Shown here piece after piece: positions 1-9,619 of a DNA stretch of 64,000 bases; position 1 is the stretch's first letter; each line of letters opens with the position of its first letter. The stretch comes from Terriglobia bacterium. GTDB lineage: Bacteria > Acidobacteriota > Terriglobia > 2-12-FULL-54-10. The stretch is taken from contig CAXVYR010000003.1 in assembly GCA_963666975.2 (NCBI GenBank), positions 960,001 to 1,024,000 of the forward strand. Direction: 5' to 3'. The notes beneath the pieces are model-generated. The model did no database searches. It saw nothing but the letters and a program-made list of their open reading frames with translations, and had not been told where the DNA came from. Position numbers and translations under genes: made by a program.

Positions 1-1255
1 CCCCCGCCAGGGCTACGCTTCCTGAGCCCTCCACATCGACGCCGTTGCCCACGATAGTCAGCTGCTGGGTGGCAATCGTCTGATTGGCGATGTTTAAATC
101 CGCCGAGATGGATGAAAACGATGAAGGGTCGCCCGACGCCGAGCCGAGGTTTGAAAAGCGGGCAAGTGTCATCATGTTCTTATTCAGTTGCAGGCTGGGC
201 AGCTCGCCGTCGCGGATGCTCATTTGGCCCTCGCCGATCATGCCCGCCAGAGGTTTCGCTGGGTTGGTAATCGCACCCGAAAGATCAATGTGCCCCTCCA
301 TTGTTCCCGTCATCTTCCCGCGCGCGTCAGGAAACGTTTCGAGCAGGCGGGCCACGTCTACACCGCTCATTTGCGCCTCGACGTCGTAGCTCGGGTTCCT
401 GCCCGCGAAGTGGAAAGCAAGGTTTCCGGAAGCTTGGCCTTCATACAGGTCAAAGTTCAGATCATCGAAGTACACTTGCTTGGGGAAGAGCCGCAGTTGG
501 GTCCTCACCGAAGTCACCTCAAACTCTCCGAAGAGGAGCGATTCCGCCCGGAACGTTCCATGGGCCGCTGGTTCCGGCTCATTGGTTTGAGCGTAGGCAA
601 GCGGCGCTCCCAGAAAGCTGTGGGAAGGTCTCGAGGACGGGCTCACATCCGGCGGCAAGGATGCCGACGTGGCCCCCGTGAAAGCATTCAGGTCCACATG
701 CTCCAGCTCGCTTTCCACTGCGTGGGCTTCAAAGTAGTTGGGGCCTGGCTCGCCGGAGCGGAGCAGCCGCGCCGCCGTCAGTTCCCCGCCCGTGATCGTT
801 ACTCTCGAAATCGTACCCAGCACAAACGCCGGCGGTTCACTGGCCGGGGCCTGGGGTTTCGGCGGATTCTCAAAATTCCACTTCCCGCGAGCGCCCGAAT
901 ACAGACGGATGACCGGCTCGCTGACTTCCAGCGATTGGATGATTACCTGACGGTTCCACAGCGCCCGAGCGTCCACTTCCGCATATATCCGTCTGGCCTG
1001 GATCATGTGCCCCTCGGGAAAGCCGGAGGGATTTCCCAGCATAAAGTCGTCTACGCGGATCGAGAGTGTGGGAAACAGCGTTAGGGTCAGGCGTCCGATC
1101 TCTGCCGGCTTGCCGGTTTGCTCCTGGATGATGGCCACAACCTGGGGGCGGTAACGGTCCACATCCACCAGTATGGGGACGGCAATGATAAGCGCCACCA
1201 GAAGAACCACCAAAAAAACAACACCGCCGAGCGCGATCTTTTTGCCTCTGGACAT
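1..1255 (-). CDS. AsmA family protein (3' end runs out of the window)
   Basis: Manual translation from ATG at 1255: MSRGKKIALGGVVFLVVLLVALIIAVPILVDVDRYRPQVVAIIQEQTGKPAEIGRLTLTLFPTLSIRV. N-terminal TM helix plus typical AsmA N-terminus. GGAGG upstream. Absent from the ORF track, presumably because its stop lies outside the window. Confidence 0.8.
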   Translation of the reverse strand, partial: MSRGKKIALGGVVFLVVLLVALIIAVPILVDVDRYRPQVVAIIQEQTGKPAEIGRLTLTLFPTLSIRVDDFMLGNPSGFPEGHMIQARRIYAEVDARALWNRQVIIQSLEVSEPVIRLYSGARGKWNFENPPKPQAPASEPPAFVLGTISRVTITGGELTAARLLRSGEPGPNYFEAHAVESELEHVDLNAFTGATSASLPPDVSPSSRPSHSFLGAPLAYAQTNEPEPAAHGTFRAESLLFGEFEVTSVRTQLRLFPKQVYFDDLNFDLYEGQASGNLAFHFAGRNPSYDVEAQMSGVDVARLLETFPDARGKMTGTMEGHIDLSGAITNPAKPLAGMIGEGQMSIRDGELPSLQLNKNMMTLARFSNLGSASGDPSSFSSISADLNIANQTIATQQLTIVGNGVDVEGSGSVALAG

Positions 1256-1753
1256 GGCTGCCTCCTCCCGAGTCCGGGCGCGGCTGATTTCCACCGTCGC
1301 GACTTTATTTCCACCTGCTTGGGGCTCTCCCCGCCCGGCTATTTATTGAACATTTCATAATATAGTGACATTTCCACAGGCTTCAAAAGCCCTATAGAAG
1401 GCCGCCCAGCGAATCGAATGTTAAGGCATTCTATGGCACCAGCCAAAACGCAGTGGATCGCCGTTTCGATCTATGTACTCGTGGCCACTAGCCTTTACCA
1501 AATTATTCTCAATGTTACTCTTTTCGAGAAAGTACCCATTTTACAGGCCCTCAGACGATTTAGTCAGAAATATCGAGTTTTAACCGGACAGCAATGATAT
1601 TATGTAAACCTCAATAATATCAATATGGTGTACTCCGAACCGTACGCGAACACGCCGCCAAGCCGGATTCTATCCCGGATTCTATCATAGATATCTGCCA
1701 TGCCGCGGCGTTGAGTCTTGGCAAGCTACCCTACAGTTACCTGTTCAAATTCG

Positions 1754-1896
1754 AGCATTTCTCCCGATAGTGTATAGGTGGAATGTAGCGCCGCCATCCC
1801 TCGGCTGACTCGGGGCAGGCTCTGGCGGCCCAATGAGTCAGCGAAGACGCTGGCGCTACGTGACTGCCGGAACTCTATACCTACGGGAGAAATGCT
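1754..1896. repeat. 143-bp nested imperfect palindrome (REPIN/MITE-like)
   Basis: Perfect terminal IR AGCATTTCTCCCG/CGGGAGAAATGCT. Inner pairs GTATAG/CTATAC, GTAGCGCC/GGCGCTAC and GCTGACTC/GAGTCAGC. Confidence 0.7.
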
Positions 1897-2089
1897 GTAG
1901 GCAGGGTTAATACATCGAAGGAAAAAGCCGGGGATATTGATGGAATGCGATGTGCTCCGCAGCCAGTGACCGGTGCCACGAAACGGAGCACAAGCATGCC
2001 GCTCAAGTATTCCCCCTTTATGAAAACTGAGGACACGGGGACGGCGCGCTACCCGTCCCCACTGTGCCCAAGTCACACGCAATTCCCCC

Positions 2090-4337
2090 TCAGAAAAGCT
2101 CTGGGAAGTAGAAGGTCATTACGGCATTCAATCGCTTGTCGCTGACAATCAGACTTTTGTTCTTGGGGTCCAGCGTGACCCCCGCGAGGCATTTGCAAGA
2201 CCCCATTCGGGCCTCCGATCTTCCACCGGGGTGGTCGAGGAGCCGCAACCGCAACATCGCCGTTGTCATGGATGCTCCAGACACCGACATAGGCGATGTC
2301 AGAGACCAAGCCTCCCTGCCCTCGGTCACTGGCAATGATCCATCCTTTCGGCGGATAAACGGTAAAAGGACCACCCAGCCTGCGGAACCCGCTCTTGGGT
2401 CCCCCAATGATGGCCTTCGGCTTTACATTGCCTTGGTCCGTGCGGTTGAAAATGAGGAAACGGGCGCCGCCCCTGCCTCCTCCGCCGACGACGACGACGT
2501 TGTTCACCGGGTCCACCGCGACAGCGCCCGCTCCCAACTGGGTGTCAGGACCTTCAATCGTGCGGATCGGCGCTACGTTGCCGTTCCCTTCCTTCGGATA
2601 GACGAGCAATACATTGCCTTCTGGGACATAGATTTCATTGTTTACGGGGTCAACCGCCAATCTGTCGGGAGCCACCAGTCGCGTATTCGAGCCCTGGATC
2701 ACCCGAACCGGCGCTTCCTCGCCATTCGCGTCGCCTCGAAAAGTGAGAATAGCCTGTCCAAACTGCTGCGGCACTATGAATTCGTCATGAACCTCGTCGT
2801 AGGCGATAGCGTGCATCGTCCGCCCCAGCATGGTCTTCTGCCCTTCCAGTTTCCGGATCGGCTGCGCTGATCCATCCGCCATCCTGGCGAAGGTCGCAAT
2901 CTGCGGATGTGCCACTCAGTTGGGCACCAGAATCTCTTCCCGCTTGCTGTCATACGCTACCGGATGCGGATTCCCAATCCCCAGCGCCTGCTCCCCCAGC
3001 GGTCCGCTGCGAATCACCCGCAACGGGGCGGTGTCGCCGGAAGCGTCCCGCTTGTAGACCGTCGCCGCGTGGTTGCCGAAGTTCGCTACCCACAATTCAT
3101 CGTTCTTCAGATCCACGAAGACTCCGGTCGGGTTCTTAATCATGGTGCTCGAACCTTGTAAAATCCGCTTCGGGGCCACGTCTCCGCTGGCCAAAGAGTC
3201 GAACACGATGATGGAGTTCTCCATGTCGTTGGCGACGTACAACTCCTCGCGCTCCTGGTCCAGGTAAATATGCGCCGGCCAGTTCATTTGCGTCTTGGGG
3301 CCTTGAATGACCCGCAACGGAGGAGTATCTCCGCTGGCCTTCAACGGGTAGACGCTGATGGAGGGCGGCAAATGCTGCCCGGAGCCGGGCACTGCGCTGG
3401 ATCTCTCCAGCGGCCAAATCCGCTTTTCTTCTCTGCTTCCGAGTTCCTCATTCTGCTGCTGGGGATCGCGCCGGGAGACTGCGCCATAGTTGCTGACGAA
3501 CATCAGTTGGTTTTTGGTGTCCACGGCGATGCCGTGCGGATCGGCGAGCATCGTCCGGTCGCCCTGCAGCAGCCGGATCGGCTCTTCTTCCTCCTCCGCG
3601 TACTTCGGATAGACGACTACCGCGCTGTCATGCTGGATCGTCAGGAACATTTCCTGCGCCTCTTCATCCACGGCGATTCCAAACGTTCCGTGCGGCGTGT
3701 GCAGCGCCCGGTCCGGAGGAACGTTTCCCTTCACCTGCCGGGAGAAGATCACCAGCATGTCCACGGTGTCGTTGTTCACCGCATAGATGTCGCCCGACAT
3801 CGGGTCGATGTACAGGCCGCACTGTAATTCGATCTCCGTCTTCAACCCCGCGATCATCCGCTTCGGTTCCGTCAGCCTGGCTGTCGGAGGGGTGTTGTCC
3901 AGCCGGTCGTACACCAGAATCTGAAATAAATTCTCATCCGTTAACACGACCTCATTGTTGATTGGGTCCACTGCCACCGAGCTGTAGGCCGCATAGTCAT
4001 CCCGAATCATCCGCACGGGCGCCCGCTTCTCCACCTCCGCCTGGTTGGCCTCGTCTGGCATCCCCGGTCGCGAATCTTGCCGCTGGACCGCGGCCATGAG
4101 GGTGCTGGAGGCGCTGGCAGGCACCCACTGGCACATTTCTCCATCCATTTCCGGATAGGCCATTTCCGGATAGGGCTGAATCGACACGAGCTGAGCCCGG
4201 CCTGTAGGCTTTCGCCCGAACACAGTCTCTGCCGTGTCAATCTCCTGGCTGGAAACTACAAACGCCGCCGCGATGCCTATCATTATTAAAACCGCAACAA
4301 GCCCCGCCTTCCCCCGAACAGGCTCTGCTCGCTTCAT
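2090..4337 (-). CDS. NHL/beta-propeller repeat protein with in-frame UGA (candidate selenoprotein) and an apparent 1-nt frameshift near the C-terminus
   Basis: ORFs 2916..4418 and 2073..2915 are in the same frame, separated only by TGA (EEILVPN*VAHPQIATF). Repeated blades follow the pattern (G)IAVD.....E(L/I).V.N.....I.V(Y/F)....SGD.AP.R.I.G..T. N-terminal hydrophobic helix. The last blade is completed in another frame (GVTLDPKNKSLIVSDKRLNAVMTFYFPELF*). Confidence 0.7.
2873..2918 (-). promoter_or_regulatory. Candidate bacterial SECIS hairpin immediately 3' of the UGA
   Basis: UGA GUGGCA CAUCCGC AGAUUGCGACCUUCGCCAGGAUG GCGGAUG gives a 7-bp stem, +7..13 with +37..43. An alternative fold pairs UUCGCC/GGCGGA with apical loop AGGAU 30 nt from the UGA. 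Confidence 0.45.
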
Positions 4338-4559
4338 TGTGCACCAACCCTCTCTTGTGAATTTTCCCGTTCGAAGACCGCAAATACTGCCTGAAAATAA
4401 GCTAGCATGACGACACATTGCTTTGCGAATGAATTATCCTTCTGAAGCCCGTTCTTGGCCTGTTTATAGACTACCCGTGAATTCCCGGCTTGTCCTTGGC
4501 TTTGCGAATTGTGCTAGAATCCTGCCCATCGTGAAACATCTTATTGTTTTTCTTGTTCC

Positions 4560-4990
4560 TCTTTTGAAGAATCCGAAGGGCCGGACTTTTCGGAAATCTT
4601 CGTCCATCTCCGGGAAGGCGGCCGCGGCATGGAGGAAGTAACCGCTGACATACGCGCACGGCTCGCCAAATATCCCGGCTTTCAGTTCAACGTGAAGCAG
4701 CATATCTCCGAGCATATTGAGGATGTCCTTTCGGGCTCGCTGGCCACGATCTCGGTCCGTGTCTACGGCGAGGATACGGCGTTTTTTGGGAAGGCTGTCT
4801 CCACGGTGCTCGAAGGCCAGCGTCAGCACGACCTGTTCGTCCGTTACAGTCCGGAGGCCGCAAGGCGACCCGGAAGCCATCCGCCGCACGCTGATCGACA
4901 CCCCGGCCGGGGAAAAGGTGCCTCTGGGAACGCTGGCTGAGGTTGCCGTGGTGAACGGCACCGGGGTCATCTAGCATGAAAGCGCCCTCC
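4560..4990 (+). pseudogene. Internal fragment of a CusA/CzcA heavy-metal RND permease
   Basis: SEIFVHL..GMEEVTADIRARLAKYPGFQFNVKQHISEHIEDVLSGSLATISVRVYGED, then VSTVLEGQRQHDLFVRY, a frameshift, and AIRRTLIDTPAGEKVPLGTLAEV...GVI*HESALR. Shows internal deletion, frameshift and stop. Confidence 0.7.
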
Positions 4991-4992
4991 GG

Positions 4993-5421
4993 GAAGTCTG
5001 GCGTATACTTTGGCGAAGGCATAGCTTGTAACGACACGCATCGGCGGAATAAGGAAAGGCGCGAAGATGTGCTGGGAATTACCATCAATCCGGCGGGCGA
5101 TATGGCTGGGAATCAGCTATTGGAAATGGAGGTGCGGGAATACGTTGGACAGAACACATCCTCTCCCCACCACCGTCACCTTTGGGAAACCGTTTACTAT
5201 GCCCTAAAGGAGACGACTACGCCTTGCTGCAACGCAAAGGGGAATCCGAACGGAGACTGAATTGGAGCGCGGGGGATCTGTTTGTCGTCGAAGCCAACGA
5301 ATATCACATTCATCGCCCGCGCGAGGGCTCTGAGGCGCGCATTTTTCAAGTGAAATCCTCCGGGTACTTCCGGCGCGTGGGAATTGATGACTATTTAATG
5401 CAAGACAAACCAGCCAATTAG
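4993..5421 (+). pseudogene. Cupin-domain protein fragment, frameshifted
   Basis: HHRHLWETVYYALK and GDDYALL...WSAGDLFVVEANEYHIH are the two cupin motifs, split by a 1-nt shift at about 5206. The 5' end is missing. Confidence 0.6.
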
Positions 5422-5502
5422 CTCTTCAAAATAAGACACGAAAGCGGATCATCGGTGAACTTTTTCCCTTTCTTGATCTTTCAGCCAATCGAAGGGAGAC
5501 TT

Positions 5503-7230
5503 ATGAGGAGATTGACGCATAATCTAGTTCTCTTTATTGCAACCGCGTTGCTGTGCTTTATCCCTGTGCGCGTTGTGGCGCAGGGAGGGCAGTCCACTCC
5601 TCTAGTGATTGAGGGGGGAACCCTCATTGACGGCAATGGAGGACAAACCGTTCGGGACGTCCTGATCGTCATCCGGGGAAACCGCATTGCGACTGTATCC
5701 CGCAAGGGACAAGCAACCTACCCGGTGGGGGCCCGGGTGCTGCGTGCCGATGGGAAATTCATTATTCCAGGCCTCATAGACTCCCACGTCCACTATCGCG
5801 AATACATGGGCGAAATGTTTCTCGCCTACGGTGTCACAGCCGTCTACGATCTGGGGAACCCCTTCCACTGGCAAACAGCCGTTCGGAAAGGGTTGAACGA
5901 AGGTAATATCCGGGGCCCCCGCTTCTACTTTTGCGGCATAGTGACCCTCCTGCGCGATGGAGAAGACGAAAGCAGAGGCGGCCCTACGATTCGTACGCGG
6001 GACATTGCTTTTATGCGGGGTCCGGAGGATGCCCGGCAGGCCGTCGCCATACTCCGGGAGAAAGCGGACTGCGTGAAGTTGAACGAGTTCATGCAGGAAG
6101 ACATCTTCGCCCCCATCGCGCGGGAGGCGCGCGCAGCCGGCATGGGAGTGATCTCTCACTCGCTGGATACGATGGACTCGGTCAATTGGGGGATCACCGG
6201 CATTGAACACATGACCGGGATTGCGATCTCCACCATTCGTACCCAAGAGGGACGCGCCGCCCTGAAGGAGATGGACATCTCCGCAGGACACAAGAACAGC
6301 TTCCTGTACCAATGGATGGAGCCAGCGTACTTTGACGAACTCATCCAATCCCTGGTCCAGCGAAATGTGTTCATCAATCCGACACTGCACTTTGAGTGGA
6401 AAGCCCTGACAGAACACGCGCGAGAGCACGAGTTGGAAGACGCGCGGCTGCTGAACCATCCCGACCTCCAGTACGTTCCACTCAGCGAGCGGCTGGTCTT
6501 CTTAGGTCAGTACCACTGGGCAGACAACAGATCCCCGGCGGAAAAGGAGCAGTTCCGCCAGGGCCATCGCAAAGTGCAGGAGTTCCTCCGCCGCTTTGTC
6601 CAGGCCGGAGGCAAAATCTATTCCGGCACCGACGCAGCGGCCGCGCTCACACCGGGACTCAGCCTGCACCACGAAATGGAGCTTCTGGTGGATGCGGGCC
6701 TGACTCCCATGCAATCGATCCAAAGCTCCACTCTTTGGGCAGCAGAGATCATTGGATTGCAAGACAAACTGGGCACCATCGAGCCTGGCAAATTCGCGGA
6801 CTTGGTGATTCTCAGCAATAATCCGCTGGAAGATATTCGCAATACAAAGGCTGTTGATCAGGTAATTCGCGGCGGCGAGATCATGGACACGAGCTTCCAC
6901 AGCGACTATCAGTTTCCCTTCCACCTCTACGGGCCGGAGTCCAAGCACCTATATAATCCCCTTCCCGTGCTCGCAGATATCAATCCTCCCCTGTCGCCGC
7001 AGGGAAGCGAAGTCAGGCTGCGCGTGCTCGGCAGCGGGTTCGTGCCCAGCTCCGTGGTAAAGGCCGGCGAGTTGACGATCCCCACGCGCTGGGTCAGCGC
7101 CACGGAACTGGAAGCCACTCTCACCAAAGCTCACACCATGCGCGTGGGGACTTTCCTGATCACAGTCAAGACCCCGCTGCCAGGCGGCGGGGCCACAGAT
7201 CCGCTGGAGTTTTACATCACGTACCCGTGA
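5503..7230 (+). CDS. Secreted amidohydrolase family protein with C-terminal IPT/TIG-like Ig domain
   Basis: Signal peptide. Motifs IPGLIDSHVH, GTDA, ELLVDAGLTP and GTIEPGKFADLVIL. C-terminus INPP...LRVLGSGFVPSSVV...TRWVSATELEA. GGGAG RBS. Confidence 0.85.
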   Translation: MRRLTHNLVLFIATALLCFIPVRVVAQGGQSTPLVIEGGTLIDGNGGQTVRDVLIVIRGNRIATVSRKGQATYPVGARVLRADGKFIIPGLIDSHVHYREYMGEMFLAYGVTAVYDLGNPFHWQTAVRKGLNEGNIRGPRFYFCGIVTLLRDGEDESRGGPTIRTRDIAFMRGPEDARQAVAILREKADCVKLNEFMQEDIFAPIAREARAAGMGVISHSLDTMDSVNWGITGIEHMTGIAISTIRTQEGRAALKEMDISAGHKNSFLYQWMEPAYFDELIQSLVQRNVFINPTLHFEWKALTEHAREHELEDARLLNHPDLQYVPLSERLVFLGQYHWADNRSPAEKEQFRQGHRKVQEFLRRFVQAGGKIYSGTDAAAALTPGLSLHHEMELLVDAGLTPMQSIQSSTLWAAEIIGLQDKLGTIEPGKFADLVILSNNPLEDIRNTKAVDQVIRGGEIMDTSFHSDYQFPFHLYGPESKHLYNPLPVLADINPPLSPQGSEVRLRVLGSGFVPSSVVKAGELTIPTRWVSATELEATLTKAHTMRVGTFLITVKTPLPGGGATDPLEFYITYP

Positions 7231-7348
7231 CGGACCCAACCATGATTACGATGAGGTGGAATTAAATTAGACAGCTGTCGGAAGCTGCCGCGGCAACGGC
7301 AGCCATAGTGGTCCCAATTGTACGACCCCTGACAAGAGGAGGACAGAC

Positions 7349-7688
7349 ATGATCAGGATTTTATTCTTCATCACGTCCCTTGTGTTCGCAGTGATCACGC
7401 CCTCGGCATTTATGCAGCGGGTCCCGGCGTCGCCCGGCAGTCTGATCTCCATCTTCGGAGTGGAGATAGCCGACGCGACCGGCGCATCGCCCGCGCTTCC
7501 GCTGTCCACGCAGTTGGCGGGCACGGCAGTGGTGCTAGGGAGGGAACTCTCTTCCGTTGTTGTTTGCCAGCGAGGGCCGCCAGATCAACGCGATGGTTCC
7601 CAATGGCGTCCAAGCCGGCAACAACGTGCCGGTGGTGCTTAACGTGGCGGGGCAGAGCAGCCCCCCAGTCACCATGGCAGTGCAATAG
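7349..7688 (+). pseudogene. Truncated, frameshifted TIGR03437-like (Solibacter C-terminal) domain with signal peptide
   Basis: PASPGSLISIFG...LPLSTQLAGTAVVL, then in a shifted frame LPLLFASEGRQINAMVPNGVQAGNNVPVVLNVAGQSSPPVTMAVQ*. AGGAGG RBS. Confidence 0.6.
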
Positions 7689-7783
7689 CGGTCAACGAGC
7701 CGATTGCCGTTTTATGGTTGCCAATTGACTTCGCACTTTCCGCTGCGTATGTTGTCTGAGCGCCTGCTCAGGCAGCTTGCCTT

Positions 7784-8107
7784 ATGGAGACCATTGCCGC
7801 TGCCGCCATTCTGATCTATGCCGCCGTTCTGGTCATTGGTGGCGTCGTGGGCTGGCGTCTCTCCGGCAGCCGGATGTCTTTCACTGCCAGTCTGATCAGC
7901 GCCGCCCTGCTCACCACCACCTGCCGCCTGTCGCACAACTCCTCTTTTGGCGGCTACCTAATGGCCACCATCGTGTCGCTGGCCCTTGGCATTTTGTTTG
8001 CTGTGCGGTTTCGCAAAGCAGGAAAGTTTCTTCCCTCTGGAATGATGCTGATCCTCAGCCTTGTTGTTGTCATTCTTTTAGGGTGGACCATCGTCCTCTC
8101 TTGGTAA
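7784..8107 (+). CDS. TMEM14-family small membrane protein
   Basis: 107 aa with 4 hydrophobic segments. Motifs YAAVLVIGGVVGW..SGS..S and RFRKAGKFLPSG. Confidence 0.75.
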   Translation: METIAAAAILIYAAVLVIGGVVGWRLSGSRMSFTASLISAALLTTTCRLSHNSSFGGYLMATIVSLALGILFAVRFRKAGKFLPSGMMLILSLVVVILLGWTIVLSW

Positions 8108-8262
8108 AAGTTGCCGCAGACATTGCGGGATGGGAATAACGAACAAGAGAGCCGGCATATCGCCTGGAACAGGAATATCTGGCATCTTCCTTTAGCTTTG
8201 GTTTTGGGTTCGGCTCTGGCGGGTGGCGATTTTTCCCGTCTCTTCTCCATGCTCGATTTCCC

Positions 8263-9291
8263 TTACAAGGAAGGTATTTGATCCGAGGTATTACGCTGAG
8301 CCTGTTCGATCTTCTGAATGGTATTTTGAACTTCCTCAGCCTGGGGTGCGTCAGGATGGTATTCCAAAAATGCTTCCAGCTCTCTGAGGGCTTTCTTGTA
8401 TTCTGAACGCCGCAGGTGTATTTCCGCCAGCGATATCCGCGGATTGGAAAAATGACCGGGGTCGAGTTCCTTCGCCAATTCCAGATAGGTCAAGGCACGG
8501 TCATAATCACCCAGCATGAAATAGCTGAAGCCGAGCTGCGCATTGGCCAGGGGATCGCGGGGACGCTCGTTCTGCGTGTGCAGATTGATCTCCAATGCCT
8601 CGCGGGAACGCCCCTGAGCCAGCAATGCCCCGCCCAAGTTGATCATCGGCTGATAGGCCCCGGGCTCCTGATCCAGCGCCTCGCGAAAATAACGCTCCGC
8701 TCTGGCGAAATCCTTTTTTTGGAAGTAGATTGTTCCCAGGTTATTGAGCGCCTGCACAAACTGGGGAGCCTGCTCCACCGCCTTCTCCAGATGCTCGATC
8801 GCGCCGTCAGCATCGCGCCGCTCCAGCCGCTTCCGCGCCTTCCTGTATTCACCGCGGGCTTTTCGGGAGATGCTCAACTCGCGTACGGAGACCGTATCCT
8901 CAAAAACAGGAATGGCCCGAACCTGCAAGGCCTCCTCATCAAAAACAAATTCTTTTTTCACCCTTCCTTTCGGATCGGAAAAACTTCGGGTGATCTCGAC
9001 GGTTTGACGAATCTCCCCGTAATTCGGAACCAAGATCGCCAGGCTATAGGTGCCGGGCTGCAGCTTGCTAAACTTAAAGCGGCCCCGGGAATCTGCCCAC
9101 TTCTGCGAAGTGAACGGCGATTCCATGCCCACCAAAGCAACGGACATTCGGGCTTGCCGGGCCAAGGTTCCCGGCGGCAGCGTAATTTGTCCGCGGAACT
9201 CCAGCAGCGGAGTAGTCGCTGCCTCTGCCAGCACCGGAAGAACCAGCAAGGAAAGACCTAAAACCAGCCCCCAAGATCGCGCCGAGCGCAT
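8263..9291 (-). CDS. Carboxypeptidase-regulatory-like domain + TPR protein
   Basis: Signal peptide. ADSRGRFKFSKLQPGTYSL domain followed by TPR helices (ALNNLGTIYF, ANAQLGFSYF). Confidence 0.8.
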   Translation of the reverse strand: MRSARSWGLVLGLSLLVLPVLAEAATTPLLEFRGQITLPPGTLARQARMSVALVGMESPFTSQKWADSRGRFKFSKLQPGTYSLAILVPNYGEIRQTVEITRSFSDPKGRVKKEFVFDEEALQVRAIPVFEDTVSVRELSISRKARGEYRKARKRLERRDADGAIEHLEKAVEQAPQFVQALNNLGTIYFQKKDFARAERYFREALDQEPGAYQPMINLGGALLAQGRSREALEINLHTQNERPRDPLANAQLGFSYFMLGDYDRALTYLELAKELDPGHFSNPRISLAEIHLRRSEYKKALRELEAFLEYHPDAPQAEEVQNTIQKIEQAQRNTSDQIPSL

Positions 9292-9619
9292 CCGTAGCGC
9301 CCCTTGAAATAAACAGACTGTCCGGATAATGGCCAGTTGCGCCATGTCCCTATCGCCAGCGTGCGGAAGCATTTCCATCTGATTCCTAATTATATTCCGG
9401 CTTCCCTTCTCTCCACAATTGCGCGCCTGCAATGGAATTGTATCACTGGAGGCTTCCTTCCGGTTACCGCCTGCGATACACCTCTGCAACTGGAAGTTGC
9501 ATCGCAGGTCAATTGCCCTTAAAATAACCCGTTCCGAAGCCTTAGGCTAGCGGATTTGCTTGAGGCTGGCGGCGCTATTTGCAATATAGCGGTGATTGTA
9601 TTTCCTTAGGAGTAAAAGA

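Noticed and set aside
188-1084. 298-aa plus-strand ORF and other long antisense ORFs (e.g. 12822..14384, 36409..37575, 53490..54767, 59943..61631)
   Set aside because: These are shadow frames opposite well-supported genes in GC-rich DNA, with no recognisable motifs.
1754-1896. 6S or SRP RNA
   Set aside because: It lacks the SRP GGAA-loop motif and recognisable 6S conserved segments. GTAG/CTAC arms fit REP-type repeats better.
2916-2918. Genome-wide UGA reassignment (code 4 or 25)
   Set aside because: TGA ends pckA, accA, uvrB and others at their expected C-termini.
4972-4974. In-frame TAG in the czcA fragment as pyrrolysine or readthrough
   Set aside because: It lies in a fragment that also has deletions and a frameshift, so ordinary decay explains it.
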